Assembly: GCF_001194135.2 (NCBI RefSeq)
Contig: NC_068987.1
Location: 8,313,082 to 8,377,081, forward strand
Direction of reading: 5' to 3'
Source: Octopus bimaculoides
Lineage: Eukaryota
DNA length: 64,000 nucleotides
Shown here: positions 12,711 to 26,604 of the stretch, piece by piece
Position numbering within the stretch: position 1 is the stretch's first letter
Layout: each line of letters begins with the position of its first letter
Notes under the pieces: model-generated
Databases searched by the model: none
What the model saw: only the letters and a program-made list of their open reading frames with translations
What the model was told of the DNA's origin: nothing
Position numbers and translations under genes: made by a program

Positions 12711-13520
12711 CACATCTTTTTTACCTTTTATTTCCTCTACGTTGACCATATTTGCTCTCAACGCCTTTACTACATGGTCAGTTTGGATAAGCAATCACAG
12801 AATCTTTCAGTATTCATTTTATTTCATTTCTGTTTTTTTTTTTTAAATCTCAATTTCAGCTTCTGGTTGGCCATGATACTAATTCACATGGATTTATTTT
12901 TTGTTTCAGTGTTTGAGTTCGATATATTGAGGGCTGAGAGCCTGCTTAAAATGCTTCATTTAGGACAATGTCTTGTCAAAATTTTTTCCATGATGACACT
13001 ACGACTCCTATTCTGTGACACCTGACTCATATTTTTAACACTTTTAAAAGATTATATTAATGTTATCACGATTCCAAGTCTATACTATAGACTCTAAAAG
13101 GAGGAAAGTCAAAAAAAATATACGAAGGTTTCAGTCTACCAGTTAAAAAACAGGCTCACTAAAAGAGTCTGTATTTTCAGATTTATCGAATCCATGCTAA
13201 AATGTGAAGTTTGGCTGCAAACCAATTTAAAAATATCAGGATAATTTTGGTCCAAACCAAAATGTTTTGATTATTCTATTTTATATTTAGTCACAAGAAT
13301 TTTGATGATGTAATGCATGCCAACCCATGTATATGCTCAGATTATGTAACACTTAAGTTCGTATATGCTTTTTATAAATAACCATTTCAAAAAAATATAT
13401 ACCCAATTAATAAAGTGAATCTTCATATATAGCTACTATTGCATAAATCAACATACATTAACATAATCATTCATTCATATGTGTGTGTGTGTGTATTCAT
13501 TCATATGTATACATGTATGC

Positions 13521-13566
<46 letters not shown>

Positions 13567-14399
13567 ATATTCACATTATCAGTAAACAAGCCACCCTACT
13601 ATACACACACACATACACACAGTAATACACAGTGGTGTCACTTGGTTTTAAAATGTGTATGCTTATGATTTACTGTTATTTCTTTCTATTTAATTAATTA
13701 CAACTCAAACTAAATATGAATTTTTTTTTTTTTTTTCCTTTTTACTTTATTTTCAATGATGTAAGTTAAAACTCAAAGGCAAGGTGGCACAATCATTAGC
13801 ACAACAGACAAAATGTTTAGCAACATAGGTTCTGGTTCTGTAAGTTCTGTGTTCAAATCTTTGTTGAGGTCAACTTTATCTTACCAACCCCAAAGCAATC
13901 AAAGACAAATGTACCAGTCAAGTCCTGGGGTCGATGTATACAACAAAACATTGCTGGCCTTCAACCCTACAATGGACTGGTGTCCTGTTCAAGAGGAATA
14001 ATGTTGACTGTTGTGATTTTGGTCACTTCAATGTCATGGAAAGTGAGAAACCAGCCCTGTGAGTCCTAGGGCTAAAGGAAAATATTTTTAAAAAATCATG
14101 AAGGAAGCAAATTGGCTGAATTGTTAGTGTTGAAATACCTTGTAGGTGTTTGTTCCCATTCTCTGCTGTCTGAGTTCAGTTCCCACCAAGGTCAATTTAG
14201 CCATTCAACATTTAAGGATTGATAAGAACAATACCAATCCAGGGCAGCAGATTGGCGGAGCTGTTAGAGGATTGAGGTGTTTTGCATTATGTGTTGCAGT
14301 TCCTTGTTCTCTAACAGCAACACCTGTGATGACATTGACCCCCAGACAAATCAATGTACAGGGTTAGTTCACAATATTCTGTAAGGAGCATTGGGCTGA

Positions 14400-14995
14400 T
14401 TTCCAGGTTTCTCTGGCAGATATAGTCTTCCCTGGACGAGGCACTGGTCTGTTGCAGGATTACTTATTTGTACCAGCGGAATGAACTGGAGCGATGTGAA
14501 ATGAAGTGTTTTGCTCAAGAACGCAATGCATCACCCAGACCAAGAATGGAAACCACAATCTTACAGTCATGAGTCCAACACCCTAACCCTGCGTTTCTCA
14601 ACCGAAGTTCCCCGGAAGCCTGGGGTTCTGCAAAAGGTTCCTAGGGGTTCCGCAAGAAAGAGTAAGATAAGCTAATGTTAATTTCATGATCGTAATATTA
14701 CTACACATACACAACATATTATTGGTTATTATAATATTGTAATATAGACATCATCCTATCTAACCTATTATGTTATAAAAAAAAATTAACAACCATATAT
14801 GTATATATATATATATGTATATATATACATATAATATATACCATTTGAACTACGATGAAAAAAGTATGAGAAAGATATGGTACATAATTTTTTTTGTGCA
14901 GGGGTTCCCTGAGACATGTAATTTATTTTAAGGGTTACGCAAGGGTAAAAAGGTTGGGAAACACTGCCTTAACCACTAAGTCATGCACCTCCACA
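14400..14995 (-). mobile_element. Family D tRNA-derived SINE, head interrupted by a hAT MITE
   Basis: Removing 14589-14974 restores (minus strand) ggaggtgcatgacttagtggttagggtgttggactcatg, matching the heads at 26604 and 38917. Confidence 0.7.
14589..14966. mobile_element. hAT-like MITE, 378 bp, 15-bp TIRs, 8-bp TSD
   Basis: Left ctgcgtttctcaacc, right ggttgggaaacactg; flanked by ccctaacc (14581-14588) and ccttaacc (14967-14974). Confidence 0.85.
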
Positions 14996-15779
14996 ATGCC
15001 ATTGGTGCCAAGCTGTAATGGTCCAAGTTGGCTGTATTCCTTTTGAATAAATATTAGTGGCATAGAGAGGGGGAACTTGTATGTATGGTCAACTACCAAT
15101 TTCCCTCAGAAAATTCTTGCTCAGGCCCATACGTATCTGTGCAGAAGGTGCATTGACAGCCTTGACCAATGGAAGTCTTCTGAATTTTCAACATCATTTA
15201 CTCATGCAATTGTCGACAGCTTTATTAAACCACAAATGCAAAAATAATGAATGCCAGTAACATTTTACAAGAATATATTTTAATTTCAATATATTATATT
15301 CTATTTAAGGTGTCAAGTTGGTAGAATCATTAGCATGTCAAAGAAATTGCTTTGTAGCATTTCTTCCAACTCTTTACAAGTCTATGTCCAAATTCCACTG
15401 AGGTTGACTTTGTCTTTCATCCTTTCAGAGTTGATGTAATAAGTACCAGTTATGCACTGAGGTTGACGTAATCAATTAACCCCCTCTCTACAAACTTCAA
15501 GCCTTGTGCCTATAGCAGAAAAGATTATATGTATTTTATTTGAGTAAGACGAACTATTAACGAATACTTAATTATATCATCCTAATTTATTGTAATGAAG
15601 AAAAGATTATCAAACATGAGTGAGAATTGTCCATTTGTGTTATTATTATTATTATATTTGTCCAACCCATGCCAGCATGGAAGACGAGTGTTAAATGATG
15701 ATGATGAAGTTATTAGTTGTAATGGATATTTTTGAGTCGCAACTTCTGAAGATGCATCATTTATAACTGCTTTTTCAAC

Positions 15780-16597
15780 ATTGTGGATATCTGCAACAAA
15801 ACGTGGAGGTTATTCAAACCATTATTGATCAAGGCAGCCACAAAAAAAGAAAAGAGAAAAAAATACTTGAGAGGTGGACCGCTATATTGACCTTTTGTCA
15901 GTGAAGAATAAGAAAATGACTACCTTTGAAATTTTGAATGGCATTCAACAGAGACACTACATGCAGAGTGGTGTCACACTGCCATCAAAAACCAATGTAA
16001 GCAGTTTTGGTTTAGGGAATATATTGCATGTAATAAAACTATATGGTTCTCTGAAGAGAATTGGATGCCATTATACTGTCAAAAATCTTGCAGTTAGAAG
16101 AGTTGGAATATAATTTATTCAGTTCTGATGTCATACAGGAGAAGAATTTCACCTAGAGTACCTGAATCCATGGTGGTGGTCATGTCATGGTTTGGACTGC
16201 ATGTCTGGATAAAAAGGGTCAGGTGAAGGGCTTTGTGAACTGTACAAACTTCCTGGAAATCTTGGAGAAGACTATTCTTCCATATACCAGTCAGAATTTT
16301 CGACATGTTGATCTGAAACATCCCACAAGAATAATCGAGGAATTCATTAAAAGTCAGAAAATCCATGAGCAGCATTTGGCCAGTGCAGTCCCCAGGTTGA
16401 AATATAACAGAAAAACCTTTGGAAAAAAAAAAAAGCAGACGTGAGTATTCATCAAAAGAAAGCTAGGAAACTGAGTGAATGATATGATTATATAGCAAAA
16501 AAAAAAAAAGGGGAAATCCTGATAATGTTATCATTAAAACTTATAAATTCAGGGCCTCATAGATGTTATTCTATTAGGGCACCCAACTAAATATTAA
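15780..16597 (+). pseudogene. Decayed Tc1-family DDE transposase
   Basis: Colinear Tc1 motifs across stops and frameshifts: *SRQPQK (RSGRPRK) at 15826, DRYIDLLSVKNKKMT, HGGGHVMVW, HVDLKH (DNDPKH), WPVQSP (WPSQSPDLNPIE), C-terminal DVILLGHPTKY* ending 16597. Confidence 0.8.
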
Positions 16598-17191
16598 TAG
16601 CTTACAATCTTTAAGTCAAACATTCTGCTGGGTCAAAAACAGTTATGTATTTTTTTTTGTTCTTAAATTAAGTGACGTTCATTTTTTTTTTTNNNNNNNN
16701 NNNNNNNNNNNNNNNNNNNNNNNNNNNNNNNNNNNNNNNNNNNNNNNNNNNNNNNNNNNNNNNNNNNNNNGCAAGAAGGTCTCTTTTCATTCATAAATAA
16801 TTTGAATTGTAAAAATGTTTAAATAGTCAGAAATAATTAACGTTTTAATCATGGGTTTTCTTTTGTCTTTAAATTAAGTGACACCACTCTAAGTAACCTA
16901 TGTCACACAATAATACTTTCATCGTTTTTTTTTTTTCTTTTCACTCTGTTGGTTTGCTATTCATGATATATGGTTTTCAAATGTAACAAATGTAGTATTT
17001 ACCATTCTGTAGCCATGTAGAATGCTGGAGAACATTGGACTGGGTGTTTTTGAGCTCAAATTCCACTGATTTTTACTTTACCTCCAAAGTCAATAAAACA
17101 CTGGAATTAGTTCAACTGACTTTATTCCCCTTCTTTACAAAATATTCACCATATGCTCCAGTCAAAAGAAATCTATATGCTGTATTCATAT

Positions 17192-17222
<31 letters not shown>

Positions 17223-17819
17223 CTTTCTTTTAATTAATTGCTACAGTCCACTGGGATGCTTTTATCTCTAGTTTTCATAGCATTACAAGAATGCCAGTCT
17301 AGTAGTGTTGCTATCCACACACAATACACATTGTACCTATACTATTTGCTTAGAACATTATATGCAATATTAGATAAGAAATGGTTTAAGTTAAAAAGAA
17401 GGAAGATAATAATAATTTTCAGTTATGCAACTTTTATTTGAAATTGATAGTTACTTTATGATAAAGTATTGATTTAATTTGATCATATTTAAGTTGGTGA
17501 ATTAGATCGTGTTGTCATATTTGTCCCCAATCTCTGTGCTCTGGTTTCAAATCCGGCCGAGGCCAATTTTACTGCAGTCTGTTTGTCAGTGACGATTAAG
17601 TACCTGCCCAGTACTGAGCTCATCTCTTCTGAAATCAGCTGTGGTTAGAACTAGAGAGAGATGGGTTCGCCGTGGTCTGTTACATCACAGATCATGGCGT
17701 CACCCTCACATCTCAGTCTGGAATTGAGGATTCAAAGCCAAGGCAATAATTAACTGAGAACTAGTTCAAGAAAAGAAAAAATGAAATAATTATTTCTGAT
17801 TATAGATAAGTTAATCACA

Positions 17820-17960
17820 GGTGAGTTCACTACCATCAATTCACCATGAAAAAAGTTCAAAAATAGGGGTTTATTTTATTCTTTTATTGTGCGCTTACCT
17901 CTTCATAAACTTTCCTTATGGTGAATTTCCCTGCTGTGAATTGATGGCCGTGAGCTTACC
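17820..17960. mobile_element. Foldback MITE-like element with ~26-bp TIRs and an inner inverted repeat
   Basis: ggtgagttcactaccatcaattcacc vs tgtgaattgatggccgtgagcttacc; inner aattcaccat/atggtgaatt pair is perfect. No TSD identified. Confidence 0.6.
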
Positions 17961-19407
17961 GAACACGATTATTTCTGCTCACATTCACAATAAAGCTATT
18001 TTGGTAATTAACTTGTGCTGACAACGGTTAATTGAAGTCAGCCCTGATTGAGCAGACCTTATGATCAAAGGCGTTCCAACCATGACCATCCCATCTGTTT
18101 ATACATTGTTGTTCATCGTGTTCTTTATTAAGGCTGTAAATTATTATATGAGGCGAGCGGGAGATTTGGCTGTTATTTTAGCAGGTCAAGTTGTTTGCGT
18201 AGATGCTTTCTTGAGATAGTGGCTTTGTATTGGGTGATACTTCTGCAACACTGCGTAATGCTTATGGAGCAGCTCTTTGTAGATATTGATTTCAAATTAT
18301 GGCACAAGTCTGGTGAGTATAGGCAGAATTTGAACTTAGAACATAGACAGACAAAATGCCGCTAAGCATTTTGCCTTATATGCTAATGATTCTGTCAGCT
18401 CATCATCTTCTCTTTCTACAAATATCACTGAGGGTTGTTATGTTAGAAAGTTGTCATAATTTCTCCACTGTATCTCTTGGTAAATATATTAGATTCATGG
18501 AGCTCTGAATAGGTTATATGGGGAAATATACTTCGCTGCCTTAACCATCATTAGTGGTTGGTTGACCTTTTTCATTGTTGGTCAACAGAATTGCAAAGAC
18601 AGTAACTTGACCATATCTGCAATACCTGAGCTGTTTCCAGCAACAAGCGCCTAGCCCTAAGTATATTTACCACTTCTCTACTCATGGATATGCCACAAAG
18701 GAAAGACAAGTCAATACATTCACAACATCCGTATAGCTGCAGGGAATGCCAGGTATTGGTTAAATATAATTATACATATCTGCCTTATAGTTCCTCTTCA
18801 GGATTCTTTGAAGGGGTTACTCCCTCAGCCCTTTTTGTTTTAACTGCTTAGTAATTTACCTCATGCGGTATCAGGTTTTATTATTATTATTATTATTATA
18901 GTGGACATGGGTGCAGAACCAGTCCCACTCTCTTGCCTTTTAAACTTGTATCTATATGGTGTAATTAGTGCCATAAGCCAAGTGGCTATCAGAATGCTGG
19001 AGTTGTGTGGAGTTACCTCCTCTTAGATGAGCAACTGAAAAGGCCTCACCTGCCCTAGGCATGTTGGGGGTGTCTGAGTGACCTTTTTCAGAAAATTTTA
19101 ATGATAGCATAGCATAATCAGCTAATGATTTGTATTCAATTTATAGGTCTAAACTTTAGTCTCTTTATGACTTATAAGTTGGAAGGAATGAGCTTTGGTA
19201 GGGTGGCCAGCTCTGGAAAGGCTATATACAGATGGTATCCAAAATTAACTGATGGATTACGGAAAATGAAAAAAGAAATCCATCTGAACCTCATCACTCT
19301 AAAATGAAAACATTTTAATCAGTAGATAGACATTAATCATTAACTTATGTTAATTTCTGTCTGAAACAAGAAGGCCAGAAAGGAAGAAAAAAAATTGCAA
19401 TTATAGG

Positions 19408-19737
19408 TTCAGGCATGATTATGTGGTTAAGAAACTCTATGCAACAATGTAGTTTTGGGTTCAGTCTCACTGTGTGGAATCTTGGGCAAGTATCTTCTAC
19501 TGTAGCCCCAGGTGACCAATGCCATGTGAGTGAATTTGATATAGACAGAAGCTGTGTGAAAGCACATCATATGTGTGTGTGTGTGTGTCCTTGCATTTCT
19601 TTTTGTTCCATCACCACTACCACTTGACAACTGGTGTTGGTTTGTTTATAATCTTGTAATGGTTTGACTAAACCTTTCAAGGCAGTGTCCCAGCTTGGCC
19701 ACAATCCAGTGACAGAAACAAGTTAAAGATAAAAGAA
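19408..19737 (+). mobile_element. Family A SINE, degenerate full length
   Basis: Head tgtggttaag..gggttcagtctcactg, core cttgggcaagtatcttctactgtagcc, tail tgacagaaacaagttaaagataaaag. Confidence 0.7.
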
Positions 19738-19746
19738 TTTAATGGT

Positions 19747-20102
19747 ATGTGTGCTAGTAGTCTTTATTATTATATGGTGGGTTAAACCAAGGCAACAGAG
19801 AATTTACATCAGAATATCTATATATGTGTTAGTGGTCTTCATTATATGGTGGGTTAAACCAAGGCAACAGAGAATTTACATCAGAATATCTATATATGTG
19901 TTAGTGGTCTTCGTTATATGGTGGGTTAAACCAAGGCAACAGAGAATTTACATCAGAATATCTATATATGTGTTAGTGGTCTTCGTTATATGGTGGGTTA
20001 AACCAAGGCAACAGAGAATTTACATTAGAATATCTATGTGTGTTAGTGGTCTTTATTGTATGGTGGGCTAAACCAAGGCAACAGAGAATTTACATCAGAA
20101 TA
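19747..20102. repeat. 72-bp minisatellite, 5 copies
   Basis: tggtgggttaaaccaaggcaacagagaatttacatcagaatatctatatatgtgttagtggtcttc..tata recurs at ~19775, 19847, 19919, 19991, 20061; no unique spacers. Confidence 0.95.
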
Positions 20103-21718
20103 TGTATATCAGACCAACACAGATAAGAAAAATAGTGAGATGAGTTATGCTGTTGAGTATTGCTTGAAAAGAATTGAAAAAATGTGGGATGTAAATACTG
20201 AAGTCAATGGTAACGGACAGCAAAATTGTTGCTTTATTTGAAGGGTTTTGGAAATAGTTGATAAATTTCAAAGAAAGTGATCAAGAACAAAAAGCATAGC
20301 AATGAGGAATTTTTCTAGGAGAAATGAAAATGAGGGTATTGAATGTGGGTGGGGTCTTTGCCAATCATTAGCAAAACATCTTCATTAGATATATATTGTA
20401 GCATATTTGTAATTAGTTATTCGACTCAGCTTCTCCATTGCATTTATTTTTCTTATCCACTCTAACACCCTCCTTCCTCTCCCCTCTCTCTCATTATTAT
20501 TATTTACATATATTTGCATGCAATCATTCTTTAAATCTCTATTATATTTTCATTTGGTTCATTTTTTTTTTTTTTCTTCAAATTTTCAATCTATTTTTGC
20601 ATATAAAATGTCCCCAAGGCGCATTCCTTTATAATTACATTGTCTCTTCCCCTAAATACATGCTTCCTTTCGCTAGAAAACTCTAGTCTAAGCATATAGA
20701 CATGTCAATATTTTCCAATACATTCCATGTGTATTCAAGGAATTCCATTGCATTGCATTTCATTACATTATAGATAAACTCTCTTAAGTACAATTATGAC
20801 ATGATCTTAGATGGCAATAGAAAAGAAATACATTTAGTTTTATTTTTTTTTTTTTATTTTCATTCCTGTTTATTTTCCTTTCATTTAAATCTTTAAATTT
20901 GTTTAGTTTTGTTTTTGTTTTAAAAATCAATTAAAATTCTGCTTTTTTTTTTTTGTATTTAATCTTTAGTTATTTTCATTTTAGCTTGCAATCTTTTAAA
21001 ATTTTCACAAGACTGATAATTTTTTTTATTTTTTCTTTTCCTTTGACAATTATTTTGATGACCATCATGATGATGATGATGGTGATGATAACAATAGTAC
21101 GCTGATGACTTGTGATATAATTTACTATAGCTTAATAATTACAGAATTTTATTGCATTTCCAGTGGACTGATAGTTGTAGAAATATATGGTTGCCAAACA
21201 TAACTTGAAAGAGGTGAGGAAACCGTACATGTAGAGTGTGAAAACAAAAAAGTATGGACTAGTGTAAATGTTCAAATGAAATTCTGACTAAGCTTCAATG
21301 TTCAGTCAATGTAATATGTATGAGCAAAGAGTTGTTATAAGCTCCTGAGAAGTACAAATAGAGCGAGAGACATCATCAAATTGCGATGCAGATAAAGTCT
21401 TCCTACACAGGAAAGTCAAACGCCAATTGGCATTATTCTGAATTTTTTTATTTTGTTGCAATTAACTTTTTATTTCCTTAGTTTTTGCTTTTTCTAGTGA
21501 CATTATGGCTTTATTAAATGATTTTAAACTACATTAAGGAAACACTAGTTGTATTAGTTAGAATTTTGCCCTTCTTAATAGCTGCAATGTTATCATTCTC
21601 TCCTTTTTTTCCCCCTTCCTCTCTTTCCATTAAAGTGATTTTTATAATGAAGTGTTAGTGCTCTAACTTAAACATGTACTACTTACTACACAAGACATGA
21701 AGGAAATATAGTTTTATA

Positions 21719-21780
<62 letters not shown>

Positions 21781-22027
21781 ATGTGTTCTTGGTGGTTTTC
21801 ACCAGTGTAACAAGAACTTGACTGAAGAGTTTCAGTAAATGTGCTAATTGCAAACTCTTTGGCATGTGAATTGTTAAAAGTATGTTTAACATTTTGCCCA
21901 TTCAAAGCATTTTCAGAAGTTTGTCCGAAAATGTCCTTGCTTGTTTTCAGTCATTTTCTAACCCATGTTTCATATGAAAAGGAAGCTCTAAGTCCCAAAT
22001 TACTCTCATGGTTAAAAAAATTCCAGC

Positions 22028-22069
<42 letters not shown>

Positions 22070-24379
22070 TATATGATGCATGGATGCAAGAGAAATATGT
22101 CCTTTGTATCAAATGTGATACACAAGACAGGCAAAGGGTTAATTATTGGAAACTTTAACATACTTTTACAAGATGATTTAAGCCAAATTATGTTGTTGTT
22201 TGGTCACTGTTATTAGATAACTTGAGCTTCTGATGAAATCTTAAGTGCTGATGGGAGCTAATAGAATAACTTCAAGCAAGGAAGTTAAATTTGTAGAATC
22301 TTTTTTGTTAAATGGACTAACATGACAAGATTATCTGAGACTTGTACAACTTAATGTTATTTGCAGAAACAAGCAGTTATCTTTTACTGATGATATTTGT
22401 ACCAAGAGAAGATTAGGGTTAGGGATATATATATATATATGTCCTCTTGGGGCTAACATTGCTTGTTTTCACTTTATATATATATATACATAGACATATA
22501 TATAATTGAGGAAAAGAAAAAAATTATAGATTTCATTTTACTATAAAAGAAGTCAAAATTTGTTTAGTTTCCACAGAGACTGTAAAACTCATTTCTTAAC
22601 AGGTATATCAATCTAATTAACAACATTATTTTCTTCTTCAGTTTTAACGACTTTTATTCACCTTTGTTTCATATTACTCAAGTCTTGACGGTTTTACTGG
22701 AGGTTCTTAAACCCGTTACAAACCGAGTAAGTAGGGATCAGAAAAGGGCTATAAACAGGGCTTACTCTTCTTTAGGTTAATTGATTGTACATAAAACTAG
22801 GGTTTGCTTTAGCACTAGTTCCTTCCCTGCTTTATTCAGTTCAAATGGTGTGTGTGGCATACATGCTATCCTGAATATTCAGTTTTGCTGGTGTGCTGTT
22901 ACTAATTAAAAAATAGCTATGTCATTTTATACTTGTCATTTCTTTCAAACTTGAAATTATACACAAAAGAAATATAGTTTTTATCAAGTATTTTGTTTTC
23001 TTAGAAACCTACTTCATTTTAGTTTAAAATTTACATTGTGTCTATTTAGGATTTTCTCTCTCCTTTTTTTTTTCCTTGCATTTTGTGAAATTGGAAGAAG
23101 CAGAACAGTAGCTGTGACTAAGTTCAGAGATACTGGTATTTGATGTGGTAGATGTGAGCCACATGTTTCACTTAACAGTTGCAACTTGCTGGGGCCCGAG
23201 CTCATCTCCAAACTTAGCTGCCCACATTACTTGCTTGGGTGTGGTTCGCTAGCTACTTGCTCTTTTCATTTATGTAGTAACATCTTTGCTGCATTTTATT
23301 CAGGAATTCAGTAAAAGCAGAAAACCTACCATGTGTCTTTTGTAGCTGGAAGTTTTTATTCTTTTTCTTTTTAATTTAAAAAAAAAATTTTTTTTCACCA
23401 CTGTCAACAGATTTTTTTTTTTACCTTATGCTACCCTCAGAGAGTAAATTACTCTACTATTAGTATGGGTCTTTCAGACTTGAGCAATTCTTCCACAGAT
23501 TCCATTGAATATTCTTGGTGGGATGTGAAATGTTTAGTGTATGGGCATTAAACCAATATCCTATCAACCCAACTTGTTGTAACTAACAGTAATTTGCTGG
23601 TTGTAATATTTGCTAATCAACTAAGGAAATTAATTAATTAATAATTTAACAACTGATAGGGATTTGGGGAAGAAAGCTTATCACTAATCAAATCTTTATT
23701 TTTTTTATCAATGGAAAGGAATTGGTTCCTTTTCACTTTTCTGTGACATTATTACAATTTTTAGTTTGAAATTGCAGTTATACAACAAATTTGGTAAAGT
23801 AATTAGGGCAAGAAATTTCCATTAATTACAATGAAAATAATGTATTCTAAAACTGATATTAACGAACATTCAGCCAAAACTGCATCCAAACTGAACTCCC
23901 CCAACTTATTAACACAGAACATATTACCAACACACTCCAACCACTGATGCGTTGTGTCATCACTACAATGACCTACGACCTATCTTGTACAAACTTCACC
24001 CAGATCCCTCTAGCTTATTTATATCTCTCCTCTCCTCAGCTTTCATATTGTGTCTATTGTCTGCAATCTACTGTATTCCCTATCAGCCTTATTAACCATT
24101 TTTCTCAGTCCTTCCTTAAAATACCACTCCCTTGAAATCATCACTTTGCAAATTACCTAAGAACACCAACCACATCAATATCAGTGGTTCTGCAAAAGCA
24201 ATGAACACAACCTTTTCTTTTCTTTCTGATCAGACCATTATTTAAAACAAAAACAAAATCCTAAAAGATGTTCTTTTTTCCGAGACCATGCATTAATGGT
24301 CTTGGAAAATAAAACTAAATGGCCACTGTCTGAAAGAAAATGCAATGACTCTTTACAATTTGGATGCATGGAGTTGATT

Positions 24380-24597
24380 TCATTTATCTTTTACTTGACT
24401 GCAGCCATACAGGAGCGCATCCTTGAATAATTTTAGTTAAACAAATCAACCCCAGTACTTTTTTAACACCTGCTACTTATTCTATTTGTCCCTTTGCCAA
24501 ACCACTAAGTTAAAGAGATGTAAGCCCACCAACACCAGCTGTCAAGCAGTGATGGGGGACAAACACAAACACTAAGATGCATACACATAGCTTCTAC

Positions 24598-24656
<59 letters not shown>

Positions 24657-24870
24657 CACACACACACACATACACACACACATATATATATATGTATGTA
24701 TGTCTATGACAAGCTTGTTTCAGTTTCCATCTACCAAATCTACTCACAAGGCTTTGGTCAGCCTGAGGCTATAGTAGAAGTCACTTGTCAAGGTACCATG
24801 CAGTGGAACTGAACCTAGAACCATGTGGTTGGGAAGCAAATTTCTTACTTCACAGCCACGCTTGTGCATT
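24380..24870 (-). mobile_element. Family A SINE with internal (AT)n/(AC)n expansion
   Basis: Tail at ~24385, head cagtttccatctaccaaatc..ggaagcaaatttcttacttcacagccac at 24720-24860. Confidence 0.75.
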
Positions 24871-26297
24871 TATTATTTTAAAAAAATATGACAAAAGGGA
24901 ACATTAGCTAATGTCATTTTATATGTACTGCCTGAGAAAATATCAATGGTCACCAACCACAGGAATCATAGCATTACTTTAGCAAGTTTACCTGAGGTTA
25001 AACATGACCTACCTTCTACCATAATTACCTGCTAAATGTCATAATACACTATGCACACACAGAAACACATACATATATATATTCACACACATACACACAG
25101 TTCAAATTCCATTAAGTTGATTTAAAAAAAAAAAAATTTCTTCTGCTTCCATATCTCCCTCCCTCCCACACACACACACACACTTGCATACACAGAAGTG
25201 GATAAAAGTGAGAACACTGCTGAAGTGAATAGCTCTTCAGCTTTAGGGATAAGTTTAGTGCTGTGTTAGTTTATCGTTCATTGATCATAGCTAAAATCTA
25301 AGTCACAACGCTGCTACTGCTACTACTACTACTACTACTACTACCACCATTGTTACTGTTGCAGCTGCTCGGAAAATATTAATTACTCCCGTCATATGAC
25401 TGTGATGGCTTAGAAATTAATGATGCAAATGAGAAACTGATTGTTGGATAAGATCTGGAAAATTGATCTGTTGTTTTTCAAATTCTGAAAGATATCAGAA
25501 TGATTAGGTTGTTGTTTAGAAAAGTGGAGTTGCTATGGCATTTTATTTCAGTATGTGAATTAGTCATCACCATCTAGGAAGTAACAACAAAAGGACATGG
25601 TCATTAGTTGTGATATTGGCTTAAAGCTGGGTCATTATTTCTCTAAAACATTAATGCTATGTGGCTGTTTACTGGTGTAAGCAGTATTAAACAGCTGGGC
25701 ATGTATTTTAATGTATTTGAACCAATTTTGTTTGACTTTTAGGCGAAAAGTGTCACATGGTCACATTTTTCCCAGACTTTCCATAGATGTAAGGCCTTGT
25801 GCCCCTGGAGGAAATTGCCATTGCCATCCTAGTTATTAGTATTATTAATGTATAATAATGTGTAAGCTTTGTAAAGTGATTGACAAATATATAGAAACAA
25901 CAAGAGGACTGTTTAGTCTTGCTGAGGGCCAGGCTACCTCTCTGGTGCTGATGCTATAGTTTAATGTACTTATGAGACTGTTGAGTAACTGATGGGAATT
26001 ATCATTATTATTAATGTGTAATAATGTGAACGCTTTATAAAGTATAAAGGGGTTGACAAATAAATAGAAACACACTCTGTAATGTAGCTGGATGAACTTA
26101 TTATAAGCATTAGAGAGATTAAGGTATTTAAAAAGGGGCCTGGAGAGGTTTCTTGTTTAAAAGCTACAGGGCTACTTGGATTATTCAAGATTAGTTGAGA
26201 AAAATCATAGTAGAATTGGAAAGATAGGTTAATGTGGACCCTTGAGAAGGTGCCTAGAAGTTGGTGAGGATTGAATAAAAAGAAAAAAAAAATTAAC

Positions 26298-26604
26298 TGG
26301 CACTCTGTTTATGATAAGGGTTCCAGTTGATCCAATCAATGGAACAGCCTGCTGGTAAAATCAATGTACAGGTGGCTGAATACTCCACAGATGCATAACA
26401 TCAACACAATTCTCTGGGAGATTCAGTGTGACACAGAATGTGACAGGGCCGGCCCTTTGAAATACAGGTACTAATCGATTTTGCCTGCTGAGTGGACTGG
26501 AGTAACGTGAAATGAAGTGTGAAGTATCTTGCTCAAGGATACAATATGCTGTTGGGTATTGAGCTCATGAGCTGAATACTCCTAACCACTGAGCCACGAG
26601 CCTG
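26298..26604 (-). mobile_element. Family D tRNA-derived SINE
   Basis: Minus-strand head ggctcgtggctcagtggttaggagtattcagctcatgagctcaatacc with A-box; body gggccggccctgtcacattctgtgtcacactgaatctccc. Confidence 0.75.

Noticed and set aside
19742-20102. 72-bp array as a CRISPR array or repeat-protein gene
   Set aside because: No unique spacers, no cas genes, eukaryotic context; the open frame follows from a unit length divisible by 3.
22412-22425. Interstitial telomeric repeat
   Set aside because: Only two TTAGGG units.
23930-24150. CR1/L2-like ORF2 C-terminal relic (LQPL..NHFSQSF)
   Set aside because: Similarity too weak to support by eye.
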